Source: Candidatus Poriferihabitaceae bacterium
Lineage (GTDB): Bacteria; Pseudomonadota; Gammaproteobacteria; Arenicellales; Poriferihabitantaceae
DNA length: 64,000 bases
Assembly (NCBI GenBank): GCA_965262585.1
Contig: OZ253546.1
Coordinates: 266,547 to 330,546 of the forward strand
Direction of reading: 5' to 3'
The first letter of the stretch is position 1. Every line of letters starts with the position of its first letter. Made by a program: the position numbers and the translations under genes. Positions 27,567-37,393 of this stretch are shown in pieces. The notes under the pieces were generated by a model, which had not been told where the DNA came from, searched no databases, and saw nothing but the letters and a program-made list of their open reading frames with translations.

Positions 27567-28724
27567 ATGTGTGCTTCCGCATCTGCCCGCACCGCCACAC
27601 CGCAACAAAATCCAGTGAACTCGTTCTCCGGTGGCAGTCAGCGAGACGGCCTCCTCACTGGTTTGAAGGTGCTGGACTTGTCGCAGTTCATTCCGGGGCC
27701 TTATGCCACTCGCCTGCTGTCCGATCAGGGCGCGGAGGTGATCAAGGTGGAACCACCCCGTGGTGATCCAATGCGGTCGTTGCTGTATGCCGGAAAGAAC
27801 GCGCTGTCGCCTGTTTATCAGGCACTCAATCGAGGCAAACGAATCGTGTGTCTGGACTTGAAATCAGATGGCGACAAAAGAAAATTTACCGACCTTGCGC
27901 AAAGTGCCGATGTTGTGCTGGAGTCTTTTCGCCCCGGCGTGATGACGCGGTTGGGACTGGACTGGCCGGCTCTCATGATCGACAATCCGGCGTTGATCTA
28001 TTGTTCGTTATCCGGCTACGGCCAACGCGGCTGTTACCGTGAAAAAGTCGGTCACGACATCAATTATTGCGCCGCCGCTGGTTTATACAGCCCGGAGCAG
28101 TGGCAAGGAAAGCCCGCGTTCGCCTTCCCCCCAACTGCTGACCACGCCGGCGCAATGCTCGCGGCCAACACCATCCTGTCCGCGCTCTATGCGCGCACCC
28201 GTGATGGCCGCGGGCGCTATCTCGACGTCAGTATCTACGAATCCGTTCTCGCCTTTCGCTACTTGAGTAATATCAGCGCCGCCGATATGGACATTGGGCA
28301 TGTTGATTTTCTCGGTGGCAATGCGGCCTGTTACAACATCTACACAACCGCCGACCACCGCTTCATCACCTTGGGCGCGGTGGAGTCAAAATTCTGGCGG
28401 GCATTTTGCGATGCCATGGACGAGCGCAACTGGCGCGACCGACAACATGATTCGTTCCCGCAACGAGCATTAATCGCGGAAGTTCAACAGCGCTTCGGTG
28501 AGCAACCGCTGATGCACTGGGATGCGCTGTTAGGCGGAGTCGAGTGCTGCTATGAACCAGTGCCGAAGGACCACCGGGTACTGCAGCATCCACAAACCGT
28601 GGACCGTCAACTGACGGTGGAAAACGACATCCGTTATCCCGCATGGATAGACGGCCACCCGGCGGCGGCTCCGAAACCCCTTGAACTCATCGATTCAATC
28701 GCGCCCGGCTGGCTAAATTCGTGA
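27567..28724 (+). CDS. Family III CoA-transferase (CaiB/BaiF / alpha-methylacyl-CoA racemase-like)
   Basis: LKVLDLSQFIPGPYATRLLSDQGAEVIKVEPPRGDP N-terminal signature. ~385 aa. Confidence 0.8.
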   Translation: MCASASARTATPQQNPVNSFSGGSQRDGLLTGLKVLDLSQFIPGPYATRLLSDQGAEVIKVEPPRGDPMRSLLYAGKNALSPVYQALNRGKRIVCLDLKSDGDKRKFTDLAQSADVVLESFRPGVMTRLGLDWPALMIDNPALIYCSLSGYGQRGCYREKVGHDINYCAAAGLYSPEQWQGKPAFAFPPTADHAGAMLAANTILSALYARTRDGRGRYLDVSIYESVLAFRYLSNISAADMDIGHVDFLGGNAACYNIYTTADHRFITLGAVESKFWRAFCDAMDERNWRDRQHDSFPQRALIAEVQQRFGEQPLMHWDALLGGVECCYEPVPKDHRVLQHPQTVDRQLTVENDIRYPAWIDGHPAAAPKPLELIDSIAPGWLNS

Positions 28725-28749
28725 CCGTGCCGGGGGTTGATTGGTCGTA

Positions 28750-29337
28750 TCAGTCTTCACTCTCCGCCGCTTCGCTACCTTTGGCGTTGTCGCCGCCCGT
28801 ATAAAATTTTGGCCATTCCAGTTTGACTATTGGGCTGTCGCTGGATAGGGAATAGCATTGGTCGATGATGCGGGGGCGTTGGCGGGTTGATTTTTTTTCG
28901 GCGCGGGTTTCGAGGGCGAGGTGCATGGTTTGATAGGCGGTGGTGGATAGCGGGCCGAGCAATTCAAACAAGTGGGTGCAACTTTCGCGGCGACCGATGC
29001 GCTCTCTGGCTTGCCGTAGCCAGCCACTGCCGATTTTCAGGCCCTCGAGTTTTTTCATCACAGCGCGTGCGCCGCTGCACATTTTGAATGGCGCGTAATC
29101 CATGTTGGCGTGCACTTCGATGATATTCATATCGAGGTCGAGGGTCAGCCGCAGTTGCATCAGGTGCACCGGTTCGCCGGCGGCGACTTCGCCACGGTCG
29201 CGGTTTTGATACGAATAGGTTTTGGTGTCCGATAATTCACCTTCGATATCCCATAAACCGTCTTCGCGCCGGAAACCCCGGCAGTTGATTTGTCGATGGT
29301 GTAATTTTTCGCGTGTCGCGGGTTCAGGCAATGCCAT
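28750..29337 (-). CDS. DUF2889-like protein (function unknown)
   Basis: Pattern RGFRREDGLWDIEGELSDTK ... CTHLFELLGPLSTTAYQT recalls DUF2889 from memory. ATG 29337 overlaps the HMG-CoA lyase stop by 14 nt. Confidence 0.5.
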   Translation of the reverse strand: MALPEPATREKLHHRQINCRGFRREDGLWDIEGELSDTKTYSYQNRDRGEVAAGEPVHLMQLRLTLDLDMNIIEVHANMDYAPFKMCSGARAVMKKLEGLKIGSGWLRQARERIGRRESCTHLFELLGPLSTTAYQTMHLALETRAEKKSTRQRPRIIDQCYSLSSDSPIVKLEWPKFYTGGDNAKGSEAAESED

Positions 29338-30241
29338 GATTTTCGCTCCGGTTGGATAACGCCACGGCGGCTTTGGAATAATTGCCGCGACCAAGTTGTG
29401 CGCAGATATAATTTCCCGCGCGCATTAGTTTATCGATATCGACGCCGCTGTAAATACCCATTCCGTCGAGCATATACACCACGTCCTCGGTTGCAACATT
29501 GCCGGACGCACCGGCGGCGTACGGGCAGCCGCCGAGGCCCGCGATTGCGCTGTCGACGACGCGCACGCCGAGTTGCAATACCGCATAAAGGTTAGCCAAC
29601 GCCTGTCCGTAGGTGTCGTGAAAATGCGCCGCCAGTTGTTGCACGGGAATATCAGCGGCGACTCGCTCGATCATTGCCGTGGCTTTGCCCGGCGTGCCGA
29701 CTCCGATGGTGTCGCCGAGCGAAATTTCATAGCAGCCGAGGTCGTACAATAACCGCGCCACTCGCGCAACTTCGCTCGACCACACTTCGCCCTGATACGG
29801 GCAGCCAAGCACGCACGAAACATACCCGCGAACTTTGACACCGGCGGACAATGCGCGTTCGACCACTGCGGTAAAGCGTTCGATACTTTCGTCGATCCCG
29901 CAGTTGATGTTTTTGTAACTGAAGGCTTCCGATGCGGCGGCGAACACGGCAATCTCCACGGCGCCGGATTCGAGCGCATCGTCGAGCCCGCGCAGGTTAG
30001 GCACGAGCACCGGATAACTCACTCCGTCGACCCGCTTGAGCGACTTCATCACTTCGCCGCTGCACGCCATCTGCGGCACTCGTTTGGGCGACACAAAACT
30101 GCCGACTTCGATTGACTTCAATCCGGCTTCGCCGAGCAGTTGGATGAATTCGACTCGCGTTTCAACCGGCAGCGCGCGCGATTCGTTCTGCAGCCCGTCT
30201 CGCGGTCCGACCTCGACGATGGTGACCTTCGACGGCAGCAT
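29324..30241 (-). CDS. liuE: Hydroxymethylglutaryl-CoA lyase
   Basis: MLPSKVTIVEVGPRDGLQNE start and AAHFHDTYGQALAN metal motif. ATGA overlap with the MCC alpha stop. The ORF-track N-terminal extension is rejected. Confidence 0.9.
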   Translation of the reverse strand: MLPSKVTIVEVGPRDGLQNESRALPVETRVEFIQLLGEAGLKSIEVGSFVSPKRVPQMACSGEVMKSLKRVDGVSYPVLVPNLRGLDDALESGAVEIAVFAAASEAFSYKNINCGIDESIERFTAVVERALSAGVKVRGYVSCVLGCPYQGEVWSSEVARVARLLYDLGCYEISLGDTIGVGTPGKATAMIERVAADIPVQQLAAHFHDTYGQALANLYAVLQLGVRVVDSAIAGLGGCPYAAGASGNVATEDVVYMLDGMGIYSGVDIDKLMRAGNYICAQLGRGNYSKAAVALSNRSENHGIA

Positions 30242-32265
30242 CAGTTTTCCGACTCTTCCAGCGTAAGCAGTTGATCGCCTTCGCGCACTTGATCGCCAGC
30301 GTGAAAAAACAACCGAGTTATTATGCCATCGTACGGCGCGCTGATGGTGTGCTCCATTTTCATCGCTTCGAGCGTCAACAACGCCATGCCGCGTGTAACC
30401 CGCTGGTTTTCGCGAACCTCGACCGCGATTACAGTGCCCGGCATCGGCGCGACCAGTCGCTCGTTTCCGGCTACTTGCGCGCCATCCGCGCACCGGGTGT
30501 CGACCGGCGATAAAGTGATTCGCTGCCCGCTGATGTTTATATGGATGGTGTCGTCGACCTTGTCCACCGTGACCGTGCGCACTTGCGCGCCCCATTCAAA
30601 TTGAAAATGCGCGGCATCCAACGGCGTCAATCGCACCGGTAGCCATTCGCCTTCGAATAAACCGAGTTGCCGTCCCTGTTCAACCCGCACGATGTATTCG
30701 ATTTCGCCCTCCCCGGCGGCGAACCGGCAACTCCCCTCGAATGGCAAGTTAAGTAGCCACGGCACTGGCGCTGCCCACGGTGAGCAAGGGTCGCCGCTGT
30801 TTTTTACTTGCATCGTTGATGGCGGTGGCGATTGACCGGCGGCGTCCGTAATCATTCCGAGTTCAAATAAAGTTGCGATTGCCAAACACGCTTCCGATGG
30901 GTTGCCGTGGTCGGCAAACAAAGCATCGCGATTACGCGCAATCAATTCGGTATCGAGCACCGCGTTGGTGAAATCATCCAGTTCGGTCAAGGCGTGTAGA
31001 AAATCGAGGTTGGTGGCCACCCCGGCGATTTCGAATTCGGCGAGCGCATCGCGCAACCGCCGCCGTGCCGACTCCCGGTCTTCGCCGCGCACGATTAATT
31101 TTGCGATCATCGGATCATACCAAGGAAGAATTTGGTCGCCCTGTCGGACGCCGGAATCGATGCGCAATTCGGCGCATTCCGGCGGCGGTCGATAGACCGC
31201 GAGCGTGCCGGTGGCGGGCAGAAAATCGTTGTGCGGATTTTCCGCGTAAATCCTCGCTTCGATCGCATGACCGTCGATACGCACATCCTGCTGACCGCAT
31301 GGCAACGGCGCGCCCGCGGCCACTAATAATTGCCACTCGACCAGATCCTGCCCGGTGATCATCTCGGTAACCGGATGTTCAACCTGCAACCGCGTGTTCA
31401 TTTCCATGAAATAAAACTGCTCGTCCGCCGCCAGCAGAAACTCCACCGTGCCGGCGCCGACATAGCCGATCGACTGCGCCGCGCTGATTGCCGTGGCCGC
31501 CATCTCTTGACGAAGGCGTTCGCCGAGGCCCGGTGCCGGTGCTTCCTCGATTACTTTTTGATGGCGACGCTGAATCGAACAATCGCGCTCGAACAGGTGA
31601 ATGGTATGGCCGTGCTGGTCGGCAAAAATTTGAACTTCAACATGCCGGGCGGTGGGCAGATATTTTTCTATGAGTACTCGCTCGTCACCGAAAGACGCGG
31701 CAGACTCGCGTTTGGCAGACGCCAACGCCGTAGCAAACTCATCGCTCCGCTCAACCACGCGCATACCCTTGCCGCCACCGCCACAAACCGCTTTAATCAG
31801 AAGTGGATAACCGCTTTCATCCGCCGCCGCCTGCAATGTTTGCAGCGATTGATCTTCACCATGATAGCCTGCCACCACCGGCACCCCGGCTGCGCGCATG
31901 ATTTCTTTGGCGCGGCTTTTGCTACCCATTGCGCGGATTGCGTCCGCCGGTGGTCCGATGAACACGATGTCGTGGTGTGCGCATGCCTCGGCGAACTCCG
32001 AACTTTCAGAAAGAAATCCGTAGCCCGGATGAATCGCTTCGGCACCGGCTTTGCGCGCCGCATCGATGATTCGAGATGCGCACAAGTAACTTTCCTCGGC
32101 GGCCGCCGCGCCAATCAGAAACCCTTCGTCGCACTGCGCGACATGCCCGGCGTAGCGATCCGCTTCGGAATAAACGGCCACCGTTGCAATCCCCATTCGC
32201 TTGGCGGTGCGCGCGATTCGACAGGCTATTTCGCCACGGTTGGCGATGAGGATTTTGTTGAACAT
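30241..32265 (-). CDS. liuD: 3-methylcrotonyl-CoA carboxylase alpha subunit (biotin carboxylase + BCCP)
   Basis: MFNKILIANRGEIACR start, ATP-grasp core, and C-terminal biotinylation motif LEAMKMEH. Confidence 0.9.
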   Translation of the reverse strand: MFNKILIANRGEIACRIARTAKRMGIATVAVYSEADRYAGHVAQCDEGFLIGAAAAEESYLCASRIIDAARKAGAEAIHPGYGFLSESSEFAEACAHHDIVFIGPPADAIRAMGSKSRAKEIMRAAGVPVVAGYHGEDQSLQTLQAAADESGYPLLIKAVCGGGGKGMRVVERSDEFATALASAKRESAASFGDERVLIEKYLPTARHVEVQIFADQHGHTIHLFERDCSIQRRHQKVIEEAPAPGLGERLRQEMAATAISAAQSIGYVGAGTVEFLLAADEQFYFMEMNTRLQVEHPVTEMITGQDLVEWQLLVAAGAPLPCGQQDVRIDGHAIEARIYAENPHNDFLPATGTLAVYRPPPECAELRIDSGVRQGDQILPWYDPMIAKLIVRGEDRESARRRLRDALAEFEIAGVATNLDFLHALTELDDFTNAVLDTELIARNRDALFADHGNPSEACLAIATLFELGMITDAAGQSPPPSTMQVKNSGDPCSPWAAPVPWLLNLPFEGSCRFAAGEGEIEYIVRVEQGRQLGLFEGEWLPVRLTPLDAAHFQFEWGAQVRTVTVDKVDDTIHINISGQRITLSPVDTRCADGAQVAGNERLVAPMPGTVIAVEVRENQRVTRGMALLTLEAMKMEHTISAPYDGIITRLFFHAGDQVREGDQLLTLEESEN

Positions 32266-32298
32266 AGATTGAATGGGTTGCCGACTGCGGCCAACCAA

Positions 32299-33906
32299 CT
32301 ACATCCGAAATACGCCGAATTGGGTCGGCTCGATGGGCGCATTAAGCGCGGCGGATATTCCCAATGCCAGTACCTTGCGGGTATCGATTGGGTCGATGAT
32401 GCCGTCGTCCCACAACCGCGCGCTGGCGTAATACGGATTGCCTTGACGTTCGTATTGTTCGCGGATCGTTTGATTGAATTTTTGTTTTTCCGCTTCGTCC
32501 CATAGTTCCCCGGATGCCGCCAGGGAATCCGACTTGACGCGGGTTAATACGCTCGCCGCTTGCTCGCCTCCCATTACCGAAACCCGCGCGTTTGGCCACA
32601 TCCATAAAAATCGTCCACCGTAAGCGCGACCACACATGGCGTAATTGCCCGCGCCAAAACTGCCGCCGACCACCACCGTGAACTTTGGAACTTTCGCGCA
32701 CGCCACCGCGTTCACCATTTTAGCGCCGTCTTTGGCAATACCGCCGGCCTCGGCTTTTTTTCCGACCATAAAGCCGGTGATGTTTTGCAAAAATATCAAC
32801 GGCACGCCACGCTGTGCGCATAACTCGATAAAGTGCGCGCCCTTGAGCGCCGACTCCGAAAACAGGATGCCGTTGTTGGCGACGATGCCGACCGGATACC
32901 CGTGCAGGTGCGCGAATCCGCATACCAGAGTCGCGCCGTATAATTGCTTGAATTGATCGAATTCGCTGCCATCCGTCAGGCGGGCGATCAGTTGGCAAAT
33001 GTCGAACGGCTTGCGCGAATCCTGCGGCACTATGCCGCGAAGTTGTTCGGCGGGATAAAGCGGTTCGACCGGCGGCTTCAATTTCAATTCGACTTTTTTA
33101 TTGCGGTTGAGGTTGGCGACGATGCGGCGCGCCAATCCCAAGGCGTCGGCGTCGTTTTCGGCGTAGTGGTCGACGACGCCCGAAGTGCGCGCGTGCAAAT
33201 CAGCACCACCCAACTCCTCGGCGCTGACCTGTTCGCCGGTGGCGGCGGCCACCAACGGCGGGCCACCGAGAAAAATCGTGCCTTGTTTCTTGACGATGAT
33301 GCTCTCGTCCGACATCGCCGGCACATACGCACCGCCGGCGGTGCACGAACCCATCACCACCGCAATCTGCGCGATGCCGGCGGCGGACAAATTGGCTTGA
33401 TTATAAAAAATCCGCCCAAAGTGATCGCGGTCAGGAAACACCTCATCTTGGCACGGCAAATAGGCGCCGCCGGAGTCGACCAAATAGATACACGGTAGGT
33501 GGTTTTGCGCGGCGATTTCTTGAGCGCGCAAATGTTTTTTGACCGTCAACGGATAGTATGCGCCGCCCTTGACGGTGGCATCATTGGCGATGATCACGCA
33601 TTCCTGCCCGGCGACCACTCCAATGCCGCAAATCAACCCGGCGGCAGGCACCTCGCTTTCATACACTTGATACGCCGCCAACTGCGACAACTCCAAAAAC
33701 GGCGTCGCCGGATCAAGCAAACGACGAACCCGCTCCCGAGGAAGAAGTTTGCCACGAGCAAGATGTTTCTCCCGCGCCCGTTCACCCCCACCCAGCGCAA
33801 TACCCGCAACCCGCTCACGCAACTCGTCACACAGCCGCTCCATCCATTGACGATTGGCAATGAAAGATTCGTCTTTCGGATTAACGTTGTTTTCTATGAC
33901 GGACAT
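32299..33906 (-). CDS. liuB: 3-methylcrotonyl-CoA carboxylase beta subunit (carboxyltransferase)
   Basis: 535 aa. Carboxyltransferase pattern ([28 protein letters not shown]). Lies adjacent to the alpha subunit. Confidence 0.9.
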   Translation of the reverse strand: MSVIENNVNPKDESFIANRQWMERLCDELRERVAGIALGGGERAREKHLARGKLLPRERVRRLLDPATPFLELSQLAAYQVYESEVPAAGLICGIGVVAGQECVIIANDATVKGGAYYPLTVKKHLRAQEIAAQNHLPCIYLVDSGGAYLPCQDEVFPDRDHFGRIFYNQANLSAAGIAQIAVVMGSCTAGGAYVPAMSDESIIVKKQGTIFLGGPPLVAAATGEQVSAEELGGADLHARTSGVVDHYAENDADALGLARRIVANLNRNKKVELKLKPPVEPLYPAEQLRGIVPQDSRKPFDICQLIARLTDGSEFDQFKQLYGATLVCGFAHLHGYPVGIVANNGILFSESALKGAHFIELCAQRGVPLIFLQNITGFMVGKKAEAGGIAKDGAKMVNAVACAKVPKFTVVVGGSFGAGNYAMCGRAYGGRFLWMWPNARVSVMGGEQAASVLTRVKSDSLAASGELWDEAEKQKFNQTIREQYERQGNPYYASARLWDDGIIDPIDTRKVLALGISAALNAPIEPTQFGVFRM

Positions 33907-33993
33907 ATTTGGTTTTTAATTCGACGGAACAACAAGGTTAAATTGACAGAGCGATAACGCAGTAATCCAACAGTTTTGCGGCATGCCTAAGCA

Positions 33994-34785
33994 CTACTCT
34001 CGGATGTCGTGCCGAACGGGGAAAGGAATTTCCCCCCACCCCTTCGCATTTTCGTTTTCGGGATAATCCATCATGATACTTACAAAGACGGGAACCAGAA
34101 TTTCAAGAATTTCGATGCCGTTTTCAACTTGGCTATTATTAATCGGATCTAAATTGAAATCACCATGCCGGGTAGCACCGCCATGCATAAGTTGATTGCG
34201 CAGTACATACAGGCGGTCAAAAACTATTTCCAATATGTAGGATATTTTGTGTGGTTCGATTTGTTTATCGGTTGCCACCAATTTCAGTGCTATCTGCTGG
34301 CGTTCCTCTTCAAACCTTTTGCACTCTTGCGATTTTTTCCATTGTTTCAGATCAAACTTTTTATTTTTGAGATTCTTAATATACATCCAAAATCCTGCAA
34401 AAACATAGCGATTGTCGGTTAGGTACTGAATTGCTTTGTTGAATTTAGAAATCTTAAAAGAATCGCCTATTTGTTCAGGGTCAAGGCGCGATAAACTTGA
34501 TAGGTATTTGCCAAAAGTGTCCCTCTCATAAGGTCGTTTACTGTCGACGCACCGGTCATTAGCATAGGCAGAATTAAACGCTATCCACAGCAAGATAAAT
34601 TTAACATCCGGGCTCTTTTCTAATTCCGCCCTACCAAATCCGCTTATGGCTCGACGAATACGACGTTTCACTGGGTCATACTCATCACGGCCACCAAGTA
34701 GATTCTCAAATTGATCTTTCAGATCAGCGTATGTAGGGACTTTTTTCTTCATATAACTTTTTCTATGGTAGGTCTTTATGGACAT
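33994..34785 (-). CDS. Low-GC orphan protein with HEPN-like R-x4-H motif
   Basis: 263 aa. LYVLRNQLMHGGATRHG (R-N-Q-L-M-H, nt 34183-34200) fits the HEPN Rx4-6H signature. Predicted all-helical. G+C counted as 17/60 at 34321-34380 versus 42/60 at 35221-35280 in the neighbouring gene. Confidence 0.5.
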   Translation of the reverse strand: MSIKTYHRKSYMKKKVPTYADLKDQFENLLGGRDEYDPVKRRIRRAISGFGRAELEKSPDVKFILLWIAFNSAYANDRCVDSKRPYERDTFGKYLSSLSRLDPEQIGDSFKISKFNKAIQYLTDNRYVFAGFWMYIKNLKNKKFDLKQWKKSQECKRFEEERQQIALKLVATDKQIEPHKISYILEIVFDRLYVLRNQLMHGGATRHGDFNLDPINNSQVENGIEILEILVPVFVSIMMDYPENENAKGWGEIPFPVRHDIRE

Positions 34786-34856
34786 AATCGAATTACGCTA
34801 TCGCTAATTCGCTCAACTGGCTGTCGCTTCGCCAACCTACTCTACACTGTTCTTAA

Positions 34857-36056
34857 TCAAATCACCTCAACCGCCATCGCAACCGCCTCGCCGCCGCCGA
34901 TACAAAGCGATGCCAATCCTCGTTTGCCGTTGTTACGTTTCAACGCCGACAATAAGGTTGCCACAAGCCGTGCGCCGGAGGCGCCGACTGGGTGACCGAG
35001 GGCGCAGGCGCCGCCGTGGATGTTTACTTTTTCGTGGGGCAGGTTGAATTCTTTCATCGCCGCCATCGTGACCACCGCGAAGGCTTCGTTGATTTCATAC
35101 AGATCCACATCATCGGTATTCCAGCCGATGCGTTCCAGCAGGCCGCCGATTGCGCCGATCGGTGCGGTGGTGAACCACGCCGGGTCCTGGGCGTGGGAAC
35201 TATGGCCGACTATGCGCGCCAGCGGCGTGCAACCACGGCGTTCGGCTTCGGACAACGGCATCAGCACCAGTGCGGCGCCGCCATCGGAGATCGAACTCGA
35301 GTTGGCCGGGGTTACCGTGCCGTCCTTGCGGAAGGCGGGTTTCAGGTGCGGGACTTTGGCCGGGTCGGCAAGGCCGGGTTGTTCGTCTTCGACCACGGTG
35401 TGTTCAACGCCGCGCCGGTCTTTGAAAACCACCGGTGCGATTTCTTCCGCGAACCAGCCTTCGGCGATGGCGCGGTTGGCGCGGGCTAGAGATTCGAGCG
35501 CGAAAGCGTCCTGATGTTCGCGGCTGAAGTGATATTTACCGGCGCAGTCTTCGGCGAAATCTCCCATCAGGCGGCCGTCATAATGAATGTCTTCCAAGCC
35601 GTCGAGAAACATATGATCGCTGAGTCGTGCGTGGCCGAGGCGCAGGCCGCCCCGTGCACCGGTGAGTAAATACGGCGCGTTGCTCATGCTCTCCATGCCG
35701 CCGGCCACCATCACCGTAGCGGAACCGGCGCGGATCGCATCGTGTGCATACATCGCCGCTTTCAATCCCGACCCGCACATCTTGTTGATTGTGGTGGTGC
35801 CTGCGGATACCGGCACCCCGCCACCCATCGCCGCTTGACGCGCCGGGGCATTGCCGAGTCCGGCGGGCAGCACGCAGCCCATCACTACTTCATCGACATC
35901 CTCGCCTTTGAGCGCGCACCGTTTAAGCGCATCGGCGATGGCCACCGCGCCGAGTTGCGTGGCACTGCGCGGCTGCAATGCACCGAGGAAGCCGCCAATC
36001 GGTGTGCGGGCGGCGGCGACGATGACCACCGGGTCTTTGGGTTGGTTGTTCGACAT
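34857..36056 (-). CDS. Acetyl-CoA C-acetyltransferase (thiolase II)
   Basis: Active-site Cys segment INKMCGSGLKA, and C-terminal NIHGGACALGHPVGASG and CIGGGEAVAM. Confidence 0.9.
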   Translation of the reverse strand: MSNNQPKDPVVIVAAARTPIGGFLGALQPRSATQLGAVAIADALKRCALKGEDVDEVVMGCVLPAGLGNAPARQAAMGGGVPVSAGTTTINKMCGSGLKAAMYAHDAIRAGSATVMVAGGMESMSNAPYLLTGARGGLRLGHARLSDHMFLDGLEDIHYDGRLMGDFAEDCAGKYHFSREHQDAFALESLARANRAIAEGWFAEEIAPVVFKDRRGVEHTVVEDEQPGLADPAKVPHLKPAFRKDGTVTPANSSSISDGGAALVLMPLSEAERRGCTPLARIVGHSSHAQDPAWFTTAPIGAIGGLLERIGWNTDDVDLYEINEAFAVVTMAAMKEFNLPHEKVNIHGGACALGHPVGASGARLVATLLSALKRNNGKRGLASLCIGGGEAVAMAVEVI

Positions 36057-36131
36057 GGAAAGTGCCTCGTGAATAAATAATGTCTATAGTGATGGCCGCC
36101 GGAGTTTTGCGTGGCTTGTGCATGCAAAGCG

Positions 36132-37295
36132 TTATGCGGTTTCGTTAAAAATTTCCCGGCCAATCAGCATTCGGCGAATTTCCGAAGTGCCGGCGCCGAT
36201 TTCGTACAACTTGGCGTCGCGCAACAGGCGACCGGCGGGAAAATCGTTGGTGTAGCCGTTGCCGCCAAGAATCTGAATGGTGTCCAGTGCCATGGCGGTC
36301 GCTTTCTCGGCGCTGTATAAAATTGCACCGGCGGCATCTTTGCGCACGGCGCGTTGATTGTCGCCGCCCGTGTCGCCAATAGTATCGCAGACTCGCCCCA
36401 CCGCATAGACATAGGCGCAGCAGGCGTTCAGGGTTGTATACAGGTCTGCCACCTTGCCCTGAATCAACTGAAATTCACCGATGGCGCGGCCAAATTGTTC
36501 GCGTTCGTGCAGGTAGGGAATCACCGTATCCATGCATGCGCGCATGATGCCGAGCGGGCCACCAGCGAGCACCGCGCGTTCATAATCGAGGCCGCTCATG
36601 AGTACTTCGACGCCGTGGTTGACCTCGCCGAGGATGTTTTCTTCGGGCACTTCGACATCCTTGAAAATCAACTCCGAAGTATTGGAGCCGCGCATACCGA
36701 GTTTGTCCAGTTTGCGCCCGCGCCCGACTCCGCTTTCCACGACAAACGCAGTGATGCCGCGGGACCCCGCATCGGGATCGGTTTTAGCATAAACCACCAT
36801 AACATCCGCATCCGGCCCGTTGGTAATCCACATCTTGCTGCCGTTCAGCAGATAACCGCCATCGGACTTTTGCGCGCGCAGGCGCATGCTGACCACGTCG
36901 GAACCGGAGCCGGATTCGGACATCGCCAATGCGCCGATGTGTTCGCCGCTGACCAACGCCGGCAGGTATTTTCGTTTCTGCGCTTCGTTTCCGTTTCGAC
37001 AAATCTGGTTGACGCACAGATTGGAGTGGGCGCCGTAACTGAGGCCCACCGATGCCGAAGCGCGGCTGATTTCTTCCATGGCGATGATGTGCGCCAGATA
37101 ACCCATGTCGGCGCCGCCATAGTCCATAGGTACGGTAATTCCCAGCACCCCCAACTGCCCCAGTTTCGGCCACAACTGATTGGGAAACTCGTTGCTCCGA
37201 TCAATTTCGGCGGCAAGCGGCGCAATCTCAGAGTCCGCAAACGTTTTCACCGTATCCCGAAGCAACTCGACGGTCTCGTCAAAAGCAAAATTCAT
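36132..37295 (-). CDS. liuA: Isovaleryl-CoA dehydrogenase
   Basis: Acyl-CoA dehydrogenase motifs ([31 protein letters not shown]). Sits in a leucine-catabolic context. Start at [12 protein letters not shown] (37295). Confidence 0.85.
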   Translation of the reverse strand: MNFAFDETVELLRDTVKTFADSEIAPLAAEIDRSNEFPNQLWPKLGQLGVLGITVPMDYGGADMGYLAHIIAMEEISRASASVGLSYGAHSNLCVNQICRNGNEAQKRKYLPALVSGEHIGALAMSESGSGSDVVSMRLRAQKSDGGYLLNGSKMWITNGPDADVMVVYAKTDPDAGSRGITAFVVESGVGRGRKLDKLGMRGSNTSELIFKDVEVPEENILGEVNHGVEVLMSGLDYERAVLAGGPLGIMRACMDTVIPYLHEREQFGRAIGEFQLIQGKVADLYTTLNACCAYVYAVGRVCDTIGDTGGDNQRAVRKDAAGAILYSAEKATAMALDTIQILGGNGYTNDFPAGRLLRDAKLYEIGAGTSEIRRMLIGREIFNETA

Positions 37296-37393
37296 GGTAC
37301 ACGCCCGTTTGAACCCGGAAACAAAAAAGGAGTGAAACGACAAACGCAACCTTACCTTCCGTTCAAGTAAACGTCAACATTCCCTGTTTATCA

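Noticed and set aside
33913-34804. Short inverted repeats flanking the HEPN-like ORF (taattcga / tcgaatta; gcgataacgcagtaat / attacgctatcgc)
   Set aside because: The matches are 8-13 nt with indels, partly self-palindromic, and not in mirrored order. This is too weak to call them terminal inverted repeats of a mobile cassette.
31330-37370. ORFs 31330-32505(+), 32944-33498(+), 34992-35514(+) and 36354-37370(+)
   Set aside because: They are antisense to MCC alpha/beta, thiolase and isovaleryl-CoA dehydrogenase. Shadow ORFs.
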